Source: an uncultured Spirochaetota bacterium (GTDB lineage: Bacteria; Spirochaetota; Spirochaetia; SZUA-6; CAVTHK01). From it: a stretch of 64,000 nt of DNA. Numbering within the stretch: the first letter of the stretch is position 1; every line of letters begins with the position of its first letter. Location of the stretch: assembly GCA_963734495.1 (NCBI GenBank), contig CAVTHK010000001.1:256001-320000 (forward strand), written 5' to 3'. This document shows, in pieces, positions 40,767-51,373 of the stretch. Below the pieces are notes generated by a model. It ran no database searches, was not told the origin of the DNA, and saw only the letters and a program-made list of their open reading frames with translations. A program made the position numbers and the translations under genes.

Positions 40767-42551
40767 TCACGAGGCCGCCTCGAGCGCGAGATCGACGAAC
40801 TGGCGGCTGTACAGGCTGTAGTACGGTCCGCGCGCCCGCATCAGCTCTTCGTGCGTCCCCGCTTCGGTGATGCGGCCGGCTTCGATGACGAGGATGCGGG
40901 CCGCGCGCCGGATCGTCGAGAGACGGTGGGCGATCACGAAGCTGGTGCGGCCGCGCATCAGCGCCTCCATCCCGCCCTGGATCAGGCGCTCGGTGAGCGT
41001 GTCGACCGAGCTGGTCGCTTCGTCCATGACGAAGATGTCCGGGTCGGCGAGGACCGCGCGCGCGAGGCTCACGAGCTGTTTCTGACCGACGGAGAGCAGG
41101 TTGCCGCCCTCGCCGACCTCCGAGTCGTAGCCCTTGGCGAGCGTCGCGACAAAGTCGTGCGCCTTCGCCACACGCGCGGCCCGCTCGACCTCGGCGTCGC
41201 TCGCGGCCGGCCGGCCGTAGCGTATGTTCTCCCGGATGCTGCCCGAGAACAGGTGCGGGTCCTGCAGCACGATCCCGAGCCGCGAGTAGATGCCGGAGAG
41301 GGTGAGCCCGGTGTAGTCCGCTCCGCCTATGCGTATGATCCCGGATTGCGGCTCGTAGAAGCGGCAGAGAAGGCTCGCCAGCGTGGATTTGCCTCCCCCG
41401 GTGGGCCCGACGAGCGCAACGGTCTCGCCCGCGGGCACCACGAGGTCGAGCCCCGCGAAAACGGGGTTGCCATCGCGGTAGCCGAACGACACTCCCTCGA
41501 ACCGGATCTCCCCGCGCAAGCTGAGCGGGTCGCGGGCGCCGGGGCGATCGCGCACCTCGGGCTCCGCGTCCAGGAGCGAGAAGACGCGCTCCGCGGACGC
41601 GATGGAGTTCTGCAGCTCGGCGTACACGCGCGCCAGGTCCTGCACCGGCCAGAGCATGAAGGTCAGATATGAGATGAAGGCCTGCACTCCGCCCAGTGTC
41701 ATCGATCCCGCGAGGACCTGGCTGCCGCCGTACCACACGATCCCGCCGAGGGCCGCGGCCGAGATGAGCTGGACCAGCGGGAGGAAGAGGACCGAGAGCC
41801 AGGCGGCCCGGTAGGAGGCGCGGTACATCTCGCCGGTCAGCTCCGCGAACTCGGCGGCGTTCGCGCGCTCGCGGCCGAGGGCCTTGACGACCCGCACGCC
41901 CTGGATGTTCTCGTTGAAGGCCCCCGTGATGCGGGAGTTGACCTTGCGCACGCGGCGCACCTCGACGATGATCCGCCGGCGGAAGCGCACGGCCACCCAC
42001 ATCAGCGCCGGCACGATCGCCAGCACCACGAGGGCCACCCGGGCGTTGATGGCGAGCATGAAGGCGAGGGCGGACAGGATGTTGAGCGCTGCCCAGGTGG
42101 TGTCGAGGAGCCCCCACGTGACCAGGTTCGCGATGCGCTCGGAGTCCGAGGTCACGCGCGACATGATCCAGCCGACGGCGGTGCGGTCGAAGTAGGAGAG
42201 CGAGAGCTCCTGCAGGTGGTCGAAGCTGCGGCGCCGCAGGTCGTACTGCACGCGTTCGCCGAGAAAGCCCGCCATCAGGATGAAGCCGAACACCGCGACC
42301 GCCTGGACGGCGATCAGCCCCGCGTACAGCCCCACGAGCCGGGAGACGGCCGCGGAGTCGCGATGCGCGATCCCCTGGTCGATGACCTGCTTGACCAGGA
42401 GAGTGGCCACGGAATCGAGCACCGCGACGGCGCCGATGCAGACGGCGAACGCCGCGATCCAGGTCCAGTAGGGCCGCGCCTGCGCGAAGATCCGCAGCAC
42501 GGTCCGGCTGCCGCCGCGTCCCGCGAAGTCCTCGTCGTCAAGCCAGGGCAT
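40767..42551 (-). CDS. ABC exporter ATPase/permease subunit
   Basis: Six-TM domain, GPTGGGKST, LSVGQKQL, MDEATS. Confidence 0.93.
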   Translation of the reverse strand: MPWLDDEDFAGRGGSRTVLRIFAQARPYWTWIAAFAVCIGAVAVLDSVATLLVKQVIDQGIAHRDSAAVSRLVGLYAGLIAVQAVAVFGFILMAGFLGERVQYDLRRRSFDHLQELSLSYFDRTAVGWIMSRVTSDSERIANLVTWGLLDTTWAALNILSALAFMLAINARVALVVLAIVPALMWVAVRFRRRIIVEVRRVRKVNSRITGAFNENIQGVRVVKALGRERANAAEFAELTGEMYRASYRAAWLSVLFLPLVQLISAAALGGIVWYGGSQVLAGSMTLGGVQAFISYLTFMLWPVQDLARVYAELQNSIASAERVFSLLDAEPEVRDRPGARDPLSLRGEIRFEGVSFGYRDGNPVFAGLDLVVPAGETVALVGPTGGGKSTLASLLCRFYEPQSGIIRIGGADYTGLTLSGIYSRLGIVLQDPHLFSGSIRENIRYGRPAASDAEVERAARVAKAHDFVATLAKGYDSEVGEGGNLLSVGQKQLVSLARAVLADPDIFVMDEATSSVDTLTERLIQGGMEALMRGRTSFVIAHRLSTIRRAARILVIEAGRITEAGTHEELMRARGPYYSLYSRQFVDLALEAAS

Positions 42552-44391
42552 CGCCGGCCTCCGCCTCGCTCTCCAGCCGCGCCTGCAGCCGGCAGATCTC
42601 CCGGTAGAAGCCCGGCTGCCGCACCAGCTCCGCGTGGGTCCCGCGCTGCGCGACGCGGCCGCCGTCGAGAACGAGGATCAGGTCCGCCTTCATCAGGCTC
42701 TGGATCCTGTGCGCGATGACGAACGTGGTGCGGTCCCGCATCAGCTCCTCGAGGGCCGAGCGGATCGCGGCCTCGGTCTCCGTGTCGACCGAGGACATCG
42801 AGTCGTCGAGGATGAGGATGCGCGGGTCCTTGAGGAGCGTGCGAGCGATCGCCACCCGCTGCTTCTGCCCGCCCGAGAGCGTCACGCCCCGCTCGCCGAC
42901 CAGCGTGTCGTAGCCCCGCGGGAACGACAGGATCGCGTCGTGGATCGCGGCGCGCCGCGCCGCGGCGAACACCTCCTCCTCGCCCACGGGCCGCCCGGCG
43001 CCGAAGGCGATGTTCTCGCGCACCGTGCGCGAGAACAGGAACGGCTGCTGCTCCACGATGCCGATGGCCCGGCGCAGGAACGCCCGCGGGTAGCCCGCGA
43101 GCTCGCGGCCGTCGAGGAGGATGCGGCCCTCGGTGTGCTCGTAGAAGCGCGGCAGGAGGCTCGCGAGCGTCGTCTTGCCGGAGCCCGGCGGCCCGAGCAG
43201 CGCGATCACGGAGCCGGCGGGCGCCGCGAAGCTCACGTCGCTCAGCGCCGGCGGCCCCCCGTTGTAGGAGAAGCCGACGCGCTCGAAGACCACCTCGCCC
43301 CGCAGCGGCGCCCGCGGCGCGGAGGCGTCGGCCGCGGCGCGGCGGCCTTCTTCTTCACCTAGAGGCTCCTCCTCCTCGCGGATGATCTCGCACACCCTCC
43401 CGAAGGATACGAAGCCCGTCGACATGTCCACGATCAGCCGCCCCAGGTTGCGCATCGGCCAGACGATCTGCATCAGCATCCCGTAGTAGGCGAGCGTGGT
43501 GCCGAGGGTGATCTCGCCGCGGATGGCGGCGAGCGCGGCCATCGCGAAGCCGAAGAGGAGCTGCGCGCCGCACAGCACGTCGGTCGTCGGCCAGAACAGC
43601 GCGTGGAGGAGCGCCAGGCGCCTGCCCTGCTCGTACTTGCCGCGGTTGTCGCGCTCGAATTTCGCGCGCTCGAAGTCGTGTCTGCCGAACGCCTTGACCA
43701 CGCGGATGCCGCGCAGGTTCTCCTGGAGCGTCGTCGACAGGCGCGCCTCCCGGTCCTGGTAGGTCTCGTAGGCGTCGGAGATCCTGCGGAAGAAGACGAC
43801 GGAGACCGCGAGGACCGGCGGGATCACCAGGACCGAGAGCAGGGCGAGGCGGCCGTCGAGCGAGAACAGGCCCGCCAGGTTGATGACGAAGAGGAAGAGG
43901 ATGCGTCCCACCTGGCGCACCTCGTCGCCGAAAAAGCGGCGCACCGCCTCGACGTCCGAGGTGCAGCGCTCGATGATCTCGCCGGTCGGCGTGACGTCGT
44001 GCCACGCGAATCGCAGGCGCTGCAGGTGATCGTAGAGGAAGTCGCGGAGGCGCCGCGCCACGTTCTCCGCCGTCCAGGCGGTGAGCCTGCCGCCGCCGTA
44101 GGTGGCCGCGCCCTCGACCACGGCCAGGGCGACAAAGCCCAGCGCCGAGGGGAGGATCAGCCCGCGGAGGTCGGGCCGCGTCAGCACGTGGTCGACGAGG
44201 AAGCGCAGCAGGTAGAAGCCGCCGGTCCGCGCCGCGGCCGACGCGCCGATCAGCAGGAGCGCGAGCAGGTAGAGCGCCCGGTAGCCGGAGGCCATGCGCA
44301 GCAGGCCGACGAGCGGCGGGACGCGGAGCACCGCGTGGAAGTCGAGGGACGCGGGTGATGTCGCGCGCGCGGTGGGTGTCTCGTCGTTCAT
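42538..44391 (-). CDS. ABC exporter ATPase/permease subunit (heterodimer partner)
   Basis: GPPGSGKTT, LSGGQKQR, degenerate Walker B LDDS. Confidence 0.93.
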   Translation of the reverse strand: MNDETPTARATSPASLDFHAVLRVPPLVGLLRMASGYRALYLLALLLIGASAAARTGGFYLLRFLVDHVLTRPDLRGLILPSALGFVALAVVEGAATYGGGRLTAWTAENVARRLRDFLYDHLQRLRFAWHDVTPTGEIIERCTSDVEAVRRFFGDEVRQVGRILFLFVINLAGLFSLDGRLALLSVLVIPPVLAVSVVFFRRISDAYETYQDREARLSTTLQENLRGIRVVKAFGRHDFERAKFERDNRGKYEQGRRLALLHALFWPTTDVLCGAQLLFGFAMAALAAIRGEITLGTTLAYYGMLMQIVWPMRNLGRLIVDMSTGFVSFGRVCEIIREEEEPLGEEEGRRAAADASAPRAPLRGEVVFERVGFSYNGGPPALSDVSFAAPAGSVIALLGPPGSGKTTLASLLPRFYEHTEGRILLDGRELAGYPRAFLRRAIGIVEQQPFLFSRTVRENIAFGAGRPVGEEEVFAAARRAAIHDAILSFPRGYDTLVGERGVTLSGGQKQRVAIARTLLKDPRILILDDSMSSVDTETEAAIRSALEELMRDRTTFVIAHRIQSLMKADLILVLDGGRVAQRGTHAELVRQPGFYREICRLQARLESEAEAGDALA

Positions 44392-44550
44392 GGGGGCCGC
44401 CGATCCGTGCTCAGGGGCGACTCATCTTAGCGTCTCCGCCCGACGCGAGGCAACGCGAGGCGGCGGGGCGCGGCGGGGCCCGGTGTGGGCGCGACGGGTT
44501 GCTGGCCGCGCGGCAATCTTCGTACATTCCCGTCCGGGAGGGCGAGGCCC

Positions 44551-45264
44551 ATGAAGACCGCCCCAAAGGCGTCCGCTCGGCGGAAAGACGGATCGACGGC
44601 CGGGCTGCGCGAAACCGTGCTCCATCGACGCAGCATCCGCAGCTTCCTTCGGAAGCCCGTCCCGGAGGAGACGATCCGGGAGCTCATCAGCGAGGCCCGC
44701 TGGGCGCCCTCGTGGGCCAACACGCAGCCGTGGGAGCTCGTCGTCGTCACCGGCGAGCGTCTCGAGCAGTTCAAGAGGAACAACAGGGAAGAGCTTCTCG
44801 CCGGCCGGACCTCGCCGCCGGACATCCGCATGCCGCTGAGCTGGCCGGAGACGCTGCGGAACAGGGACAGGGAATCGGCGAAGAGCATCTTCGACTCCAT
44901 CTCGGTCGATCGCGACGACACGGCCGGGAGGATGGAGTACTACGCCCGCATGTACCAGCTGTTCGATGCTCCCGCCCTGGTGCTGTTCCTGCTGGACCAG
45001 GAGCTGTCGCTGGAATACGCGATGCTGGACATCGGCGCGTTCCTCCAGACCTTCTTCCTCCTGGCCCACGGAAGGGGACTGGGCACGTGCGCGTTCGCCG
45101 GGACGGTGCACGTTCCCGACATCGTGCACGGGCTCTTCGAGATCCCGGACAACAAGCTCCTGGCCATCGGGGCCGCTCTCGGCTGGCCCGACAAGCGCGC
45201 GCCCATCAACAACTTCGAGCGGAAGAGGGCGTCCCTCGAAGAATTCGTGAGGTGGATCCACTGA
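44551..45264 (+). CDS. Nitroreductase family protein
   Basis: RRSIRSF, WAPSWANTQPW, GLGTC. Confidence 0.9.
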   Translation: MKTAPKASARRKDGSTAGLRETVLHRRSIRSFLRKPVPEETIRELISEARWAPSWANTQPWELVVVTGERLEQFKRNNREELLAGRTSPPDIRMPLSWPETLRNRDRESAKSIFDSISVDRDDTAGRMEYYARMYQLFDAPALVLFLLDQELSLEYAMLDIGAFLQTFFLLAHGRGLGTCAFAGTVHVPDIVHGLFEIPDNKLLAIGAALGWPDKRAPINNFERKRASLEEFVRWIH

Positions 45265-45333
45265 CAAGCCCGGCGGCCTTCCGGCCGCCGGGTTCCTGGA
45301 CCGACGATGCGCCTGTCCGGTGCGGAGCGCTCT

Positions 45334-45894
45334 CTACTTGGGCGCCCACTTCGCGAAGGACTCGAGGTGGGCCCAGTACGAGCCGTAGCCGGTGATGGCC
45401 CAGATGATCGCGGCACCGAGGGCCGCCAGCGCGGCCAGCATCCGCAGCACGGGGCTCTTCTTCGTAAGGTAGGCGGGCAGCGAGAGGATGCCCGCGGCGC
45501 CGGTCGCGACGTAGCCGAGCGCGGCGACGAGCGGCTCCTTGGTCATCCCGCGGTTAAAGACGCGCACCCCGACAATGACGGAGACCACGCCGCCGAGCAC
45601 GGCGACGATGCCCATCGAGAGCAGCTCCCAGTCGGCGAGGAACGCGATGCCGGTAAAGACCAGCAGCGCCGCGTACAGCACCATCAGCTCGCCGAACGCG
45701 ATGTTGTAGCTGCTCGGCAGCGGCCAAAAGAAGATCATGTGCAGGCCCGTGACGAGGCCGACAAAGCCCGTCAGGAGCAGCCCGGGCGCCAGGACCTTGG
45801 GATTCTCGTTGATGTACTTCGCAAAGTAGAGAGCCACCAGGACCATGGCGATCGTGAGGTTGACCAGCATGAGCGCAACGTAGTCAACGAACAT
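45334..45894 (-). CDS. DUF981-like membrane protein
   Basis: MFVDYVALML, WPLPSSYNIAFGE, YWAHL. Confidence 0.8.
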   Translation of the reverse strand: MFVDYVALMLVNLTIAMVLVALYFAKYINENPKVLAPGLLLTGFVGLVTGLHMIFFWPLPSSYNIAFGELMVLYAALLVFTGIAFLADWELLSMGIVAVLGGVVSVIVGVRVFNRGMTKEPLVAALGYVATGAAGILSLPAYLTKKSPVLRMLAALAALGAAIIWAITGYGSYWAHLESFAKWAPK

Positions 45895-46002
45895 GGAGAC
45901 CCTCCCCCGGGCATGCGCCGCGGTGAGACGTTCGAGGGCGCGTGTCCCACGCCTGCCTCTCCCGCCAACGAGCGCCGGTGCTGCAGATTTTCGGACTGAG
46001 CC

Positions 46003-46031
46003 AAGTTATTGCGGGAACGGGCGATAGTCAA
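46003..46031 (-). promoter_or_regulatory. sigma70-type promoter of DUF981 gene
   Basis: TTGACT-17-TAACTT on minus strand. Confidence 0.55.
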
Positions 46032-46139
46032 CCGAAAAGCTAATTAATGCGCCGCGACGATCCCGCGGAACCGGGCGGAACCCCGGTGGAGCAGGCGCAG
46101 GAAACGGGCGACCATGCTATGATGGCGGTCGAGGTTTGT

Positions 46140-47034
46140 ATGAAGAAGTGGCTGCGCGCCCTTCGCGCGCACTTTCTCACCGCGACCATCGCCCCGGTCG
46201 TCGTCGGTACGGCCGTCGCGTGGTTCGAGACCGCGAGATTCGACCTCGGGATCTTCCTGCTTGCCTTTGCGGGCGTGATCCTCGTCCATCTCGGCGCCAA
46301 CATGGCCAACGACTACTTCGACTACCGGTCGGAGACCGACGACCGCAACGCGAGCTCCAGCGCCTACAGCGGCGGCAGCCGCGTCATCCAGGACGGGCTG
46401 ATCCCCGCCCGCCACGTGCTCGTCGCCGCCGTGTGCTGCCTCGCGGCCGGATCGCTGATCGGATTCTTCCTCGTCTGGAAGCTGCGCAGCGTGGCGCTCC
46501 TGGTCCTGGGGCTCGCGGGGGTGTCCCTCGCGTACTTCTACACCGGCTCGCCCATCCGGCTCGCCTACCACGGGTTTGCCGAGATATCCAACGGCATCTC
46601 CTTCGGACCCATCATCACGCTCGGCGCCGCCGTCGTGCAGACCGGGATGATCTCGCTGCGGGCGGTCCTCGCCTCGGTGCCCCCTGGCCTCCTCCTCGCC
46701 TCGGTGCTGATGATCAACGAGTTCCCGGACTACGAATCCGATCGCGCCGTCGGAAAAAAGACGATCGTGGTGCTTGCCGGCCGGCGCGCCGCCCTCACCG
46801 TCTACCACGCGACGATGCTGGTCTCGTGCGTGTGGGTCCCCGCGTTCGTCGCGCTCGGCTTCTTTCCGCCCTGGACGCTGCTCAGCCTCGCCGCCGTGCC
46901 ATTGGCGAATTCGCGCCTACCGCGTTTCGCTCGCGCACTACGACGACAGCCGCGCGATCGTGGCCGCCAACAGCGCGACCTTCCTGTTCCACATCGCCTT
47001 CAACCTTCTTCTCGCCATCGGTTTCTTCATGTGA
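46140..47034 (+). CDS. menA: MenA-like UbiA prenyltransferase (frameshift near 46910)
   Basis: NMANDYFD, SGGS, INEFPDYESDRAVGKKT; extended -10 TGCTATGAT at 46115. Confidence 0.75.
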
Positions 47035-47142
47035 AGCGACGGAGCCGCGGGTTGCGCGCGCAACCGCCGCAACCTATTTGACGGCGCGGAGCTTTTCTCC
47101 CATGATTGCTGGAAGCGGAGACTGCTCAAGCGGAGGTAGGCC

Positions 47143-48126
47143 ATGTCGATCCTTGTCACCGGCGGCGCCGGCTATATCGGCAGCCACTGCGTCAAGGCGC
47201 TCCGCGAGGCGGGACGCGAGGTCATCATCTACGACAACCTGAGCACCGGGCACAGGCAGGCGGTCCAGGGCGCGCCCCTGGTCCGAGCGGACCTGCGGGA
47301 CGCGCGGCGGCTCGAGGCGACGCTGCGCCGGCACAAGGTCACGGCGGTCATCCATTTCGCGGCCAAGAGCCTGGTGGGCGAATCCATGAAGGACCCGCAG
47401 GCCTACTACGACAACAACGTGACGGGCACGCTCTCGCTGCTGCAGGCGATGCGCGGCGCCCGCGTCGGCCAGATCGTCTTTTCCTCGTCGGCCGCCGCCT
47501 ACGGCGAGCCCGAGAAGATCCCGATCACCGAGGACGCGGCCCAGAAACCCACGAACGTGTACGGCCGCACCAAGGTGCTGATGGAGCAGATCCTCCGCGA
47601 CTTCGAGGCCGCCTACGGGCTGCGCTGGACCGCCCTGCGCTACTTTAACGTCGCCGGCGCGGACGATTCGGGGGAGATCGGCGAGGACCACAGGCCCGAG
47701 ACCCACCTGATCCCCATCGTCTTCCAGGTGCTGCTCGGCCAGCGCGACCACCTGGACCTGTACGGCACCGACTACCCGACGCGCGACGGGACGTGCATCC
47801 GCGACTACATCCACGTCACCGACCTCATCGACGCGCACCTCCTGGCGCTCAAGCGCCTGGAAGCGGGGGGAGCGTCGCGGGTCTACAACCTCGGCAACGG
47901 GCAGGGCTTTTCCAATCGCGAAATCGTCCAGACCGCCGAGAAGGTGACGGCCACGAAGGTCAAGGTCAACGAGACCGGCCGCAGGGCCGGCGATCCCGCG
48001 GTCCTCGTCGCATCGTCCGATCGCGCGGTAGCCGAGCTGGGCTGGCAGCCGCAGCATGCGCAGCTCGACAAGATCGTCGCCAGCGCGTGGCGCTGGCACT
48101 CCGCTCACCCGCGCGGCTACGCCTGA
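47143..48126 (+). CDS. galE: UDP-glucose 4-epimerase
   Basis: TGGAGYIGSH, YGRTK (YxxxK), LRYFNVAGA, DGTCIRDYIHV; upstream TTGACG-17-CATGAT. Confidence 0.95.
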   Translation: MSILVTGGAGYIGSHCVKALREAGREVIIYDNLSTGHRQAVQGAPLVRADLRDARRLEATLRRHKVTAVIHFAAKSLVGESMKDPQAYYDNNVTGTLSLLQAMRGARVGQIVFSSSAAAYGEPEKIPITEDAAQKPTNVYGRTKVLMEQILRDFEAAYGLRWTALRYFNVAGADDSGEIGEDHRPETHLIPIVFQVLLGQRDHLDLYGTDYPTRDGTCIRDYIHVTDLIDAHLLALKRLEAGGASRVYNLGNGQGFSNREIVQTAEKVTATKVKVNETGRRAGDPAVLVASSDRAVAELGWQPQHAQLDKIVASAWRWHSAHPRGYA

Positions 48127-48584
48127 GACTTCGCGGGGGCGCCCGATTCCTCCGCGATCATCTCCTCGACGATCCGGCAGGCGTCCATGACGAATGGCTC
48201 GCAGAGGCGATGGGCGAGGTCCTGCTCCTTCATCCGCTTCTTTCCCTCGGGCGTGCTCAGGTCGACCCCGAGGAGCTCGCGGCAGCTCACGCTTCCGTGC
48301 AGCTCCCGGAAGCGCCTGAGCACTTCCCGCGTCTTCGCGTACACGCGCTCCTTGGAGCCGGCCGCGTCGTCGGGATCGAACCAGCGGCAGCCCACGGCCA
48401 TGACCGCGCCCGCGACCGCGCCGCAGGTGAGCTGCTCGCGGCCCATTCCCCCGCCGAAGCCCGAGGCCATCAGCTTGACCGTCCGCTCATCGATCCCGAG
48501 GCTGCCGCTGAACGCGCACATCACAGACTGGGCGCAGTTGTAGCCGACCCTGAACCACGCCCTGGCCTTGTCCGGACTGTCCAT
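48117..48584 (-). CDS. C-GCAxxG-C-C family putative redox protein
   Basis: YNCAQS, GFGGGMG, CGAVAG, SCRELL, LCE. Confidence 0.88.
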   Translation of the reverse strand: MDSPDKARAWFRVGYNCAQSVMCAFSGSLGIDERTVKLMASGFGGGMGREQLTCGAVAGAVMAVGCRWFDPDDAAGSKERVYAKTREVLRRFRELHGSVSCRELLGVDLSTPEGKKRMKEQDLAHRLCEPFVMDACRIVEEMIAEESGAPAKSQA

Positions 48585-48660
48585 GGTCCTCGATCCTAAC
48601 GCGCGGCAGGCGGCGGGGCAACCAACGCGACGCGGCGGGGCGGCGCGAGCCTCGGACCGG

Positions 48661-49062
48661 CTACAGAGGGCTCGGTCCGGCGACGACGCGGCGGCCCACA
48701 GCGGCCCAGGTGTTGTAGCCGCCGGCGAGCGCCCGCGCCCCCCTGATCCCGAGGCGGTCCAGCGTCGCCACGGCCATCAGGCTCTCCTCTTCCTGCAGGC
48801 ACGAGCAGTAGGTGACGATCGGAAGCTTCACCGCCTTGAGCTCGGCCACGCGGGAGTCCAGGTCGTCGAGGGGGACCGAGTAGGCTCCGGGAATGTGGCC
48901 GGCATCGTATTCCTCGGGAGTGCGGACGTCGATGACCGCGATCCTGCCGTCGGCGAGCAGCCGCTCGAACTCGTCCATGGGCATCCGGGGCAGGGCCGAC
49001 CCGCACGAGACCAGCGCCCCGACAGCAGCCAGCAACAGGAGACGGACCGCCGTGCTGTTCAC
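48661..49062 (-). CDS. Rhodanese-domain lipoprotein
   Basis: Lipobox LVSC; IDVR, GHIPGA, YCSCLQEEES. Confidence 0.8.
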   Translation of the reverse strand: MNSTAVRLLLLAAVGALVSCGSALPRMPMDEFERLLADGRIAVIDVRTPEEYDAGHIPGAYSVPLDDLDSRVAELKAVKLPIVTYCSCLQEEESLMAVATLDRLGIRGARALAGGYNTWAAVGRRVVAGPSPL

Positions 49063-49143
49063 CGGGAACCCTCCGCGCGCTCGAGCCGGGCAGGTGGAGC
49101 GCGCGGTTCAATGTACTGCCGCCCCGCGCGGGGCAGCCACCCT

Positions 49144-50160
49144 TCAGCCCCACGGCTCGAGGATGACCTTCGCGCAGTCGCCCGCAAGCTGCAGCTCCCA
49201 GGCGTCACGCACCCGCTCGAGGGGGAACCGGTGGGTGATCAGCCGATCGAGAGATTCGCGGGTATCGCGGATCACCCGCATCAGCGCGGGGGTGTCGCCC
49301 AGCCTGTAGTGCCACGAGCCCCGCAGGGCGATGCCCTTGCGGATGAGATCGCGGCTCACCCACACGGGGAGCTCGCCGCCCTCGCCCACAAAGGCGACCT
49401 CGCCGCGCCTGCGCACCGCGTCGATCGCGAGCCTCTGCGCCGCGGGGATGCCGCTGCAGTCCACCGCCTTGTCGACGCCGCGGCCCCCCGTGAGCTCGCG
49501 GAGGCGCTCGCCGGCGCGGGGGTCGGCAGGATCGAGGACCGCCTCGGCGCCGAGGCGCAGCGCGAGGGCGGCCCGGTACGGATGGGGCTCCACGCCGATC
49601 ACGCGCGCGCCGCGCGCCCGGGCGTTGATCACGCCGCCCAGGCCCACGGGGCCGAGCCCCGTGATCAGCAGCGTGTCGAAGGCGTCGACGCGCATCTGCT
49701 GCATCGCGCCGAAGGTCGGCCCGAGACCGCAGCAGGCCATGGCGCCGTGCTCGATCGAGACGTCGTGCGGGATCGGCAGCAGCAGCCAGTCCTGCTTGAT
49801 CACGTACTGCGCGTAGGTGGCGCGGCCCGTCGTGTTTCCGGTCTCCGCGAGCGGGTCCACGAGGCTCTCGCAGTGGATGTAGTCTCCGGCGAGGCACAGG
49901 GCGCAGCGGCCGCAGGGGTACTGCGGCATGACCACCACGCGGTCGCCCACACGCACGCGGCCGGGCTGCGCGACCTCGACGACCTCGCCCGCGGCCTCGT
50001 GGCCGAGCGAGTCGGCCGGCTTGCCGTCGCGGTAGAGCTTGTATTCCGTGCACATCGGCGCGGCCAGGATCTTCACGACGGCGAAGTCGCCGCGGGCGTG
50101 AGGGTCCGGGGCGTCCACGACCTCGCACGCGCGCGGTCCCGTGATGGTGACGTTCTTCAT
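49144..50160 (-). CDS. Zinc-binding alcohol dehydrogenase
   Basis: MCTE, GHEAAG, CGRCALC...C, GLGPVG. Confidence 0.9.
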   Translation of the reverse strand: MKNVTITGPRACEVVDAPDPHARGDFAVVKILAAPMCTEYKLYRDGKPADSLGHEAAGEVVEVAQPGRVRVGDRVVVMPQYPCGRCALCLAGDYIHCESLVDPLAETGNTTGRATYAQYVIKQDWLLLPIPHDVSIEHGAMACCGLGPTFGAMQQMRVDAFDTLLITGLGPVGLGGVINARARGARVIGVEPHPYRAALALRLGAEAVLDPADPRAGERLRELTGGRGVDKAVDCSGIPAAQRLAIDAVRRRGEVAFVGEGGELPVWVSRDLIRKGIALRGSWHYRLGDTPALMRVIRDTRESLDRLITHRFPLERVRDAWELQLAGDCAKVILEPWG

Positions 50161-50218
50161 CGTTCGTTCCTTGAGGGAGGGCTCGGGAACAGCTCAAGAT
50201 GCGGCAAAAGGGGACGGC

Positions 50219-51244
50219 TCACGACAGGGCCGCGGTCAGGCGGTCGAAGAGGTCGTCGGGAGGGTCGAAGGGCAGATCCACGGGCCTGCGCTCGAGCGCG
50301 CTCGCGTACAGACCGAGGATGGCGTTCCACTGGAGCAGGGCGCGGCCGAGGAACGTGCCCGCCGGCCGGCCGGAGTCGTCGAGCCACGCGAACATGGCGT
50401 CGGTGAGCGCGGCCTGCGTCCTGTGGTTGAGCTCGCGCCATGACTCCGGGTCGACGGCGCCCGATTCGCTCACGCCCGCCCCTTCGATCTCCCAGCGGCC
50501 GAACTCTTCGTAGAGCGTGCGGCCGCGCTCCGCGCAGGCCGCGACCCGGCTGTGCTTCCAGGTGGTCCCGTCGTCGAAAACGCGGCGGGCGACGGGCCCG
50601 TTCGTCCACAGGCCCTCCACCCCGCCCTCGAACGCCACGCGCGCCACGGTGCTCTGCGGCGCCAGGTGACCGCGGTCCTCGCGGTCCAGGCCGCTCGCCG
50701 CGGCGAACACGCTCTTCGGCGGCCGGTCGCCGTTGAGGCTCATGGCCCAGTCCAGGATGTGCACGCCCTGGTTGGCGACGTTCATGCCGGCCGAGAGCTC
50801 GAGGGAGAGGAGGCGGCCGAGGCGGCCCGAGGCGAGCGCCTCGCGACAGCGGGTGAGGTGCGGGTGGTAGCGGAACTGCATGCCCACGGCGAAGCGGGTG
50901 CGCGTGCTCGCGGCGAGCGCCGAAAGGCGCCGCCAGTCCCGGACCTCCGCCGCGATGGGCTTCTCGACCAGGCAGGCGGGCACGCCCAGGTCGCTCGCCA
51001 GGCTCATCAGGGCGACCCGCGTGTCGGGCATGGTGACCAGGTGGAGCAGGTCGGGCTTCTCCGCCCGTATCATCTCGGACGCATCGCGGTAAGGGCGCAG
51101 CCCGAGCTCGGACGCGAGGGCCGCGGCCCGGTCGGGCTCGAGGTCGCAGCAGGCGACCAGCCGGCCGCCGCTCACATGCGCGTACGCGAGGGCGTGCATG
51201 CGCGCCCTCTTGCCGCAGCCGACGATGGCAGCGCGGTAAGGCAC
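50219..51244 (-). CDS. Gfo/Idh/MocA oxidoreductase
   Basis: IVGCG, VEKP, QFRY, GVHILD. Confidence 0.88.
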   Translation of the reverse strand: MPYRAAIVGCGKRARMHALAYAHVSGGRLVACCDLEPDRAAALASELGLRPYRDASEMIRAEKPDLLHLVTMPDTRVALMSLASDLGVPACLVEKPIAAEVRDWRRLSALAASTRTRFAVGMQFRYHPHLTRCREALASGRLGRLLSLELSAGMNVANQGVHILDWAMSLNGDRPPKSVFAAASGLDREDRGHLAPQSTVARVAFEGGVEGLWTNGPVARRVFDDGTTWKHSRVAACAERGRTLYEEFGRWEIEGAGVSESGAVDPESWRELNHRTQAALTDAMFAWLDDSGRPAGTFLGRALLQWNAILGLYASALERRPVDLPFDPPDDLFDRLTAALS

Positions 51245-51293
51245 GGGATCACCTCTCGCGGGCGAGCGTAGACCCGGCCGTGCGGGCGGTCAA

Positions 51294-51347
51294 CCTGGCG
51301 AGTACGTCAGGCCAATGCCTGGCGAGTACGTCAGGCCAGTGCCTGGC
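51294..51347. repeat. 24-bp tandem repeat x2.25, each unit a hairpin
   Basis: CCTGGCGAGTACGTCAGGCCAATG / CCTGGCGAGTACGTCAGGCCAGTG / CCTGGC. Confidence 0.85.
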
Positions 51348-51373
51348 CGCGGGCGGCGCTTGCGCCTTCACCT

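Noticed and set aside
51294..51347. Mini CRISPR array
   Set aside because: The repeats are contiguous with no spacers, and there are no cas genes.
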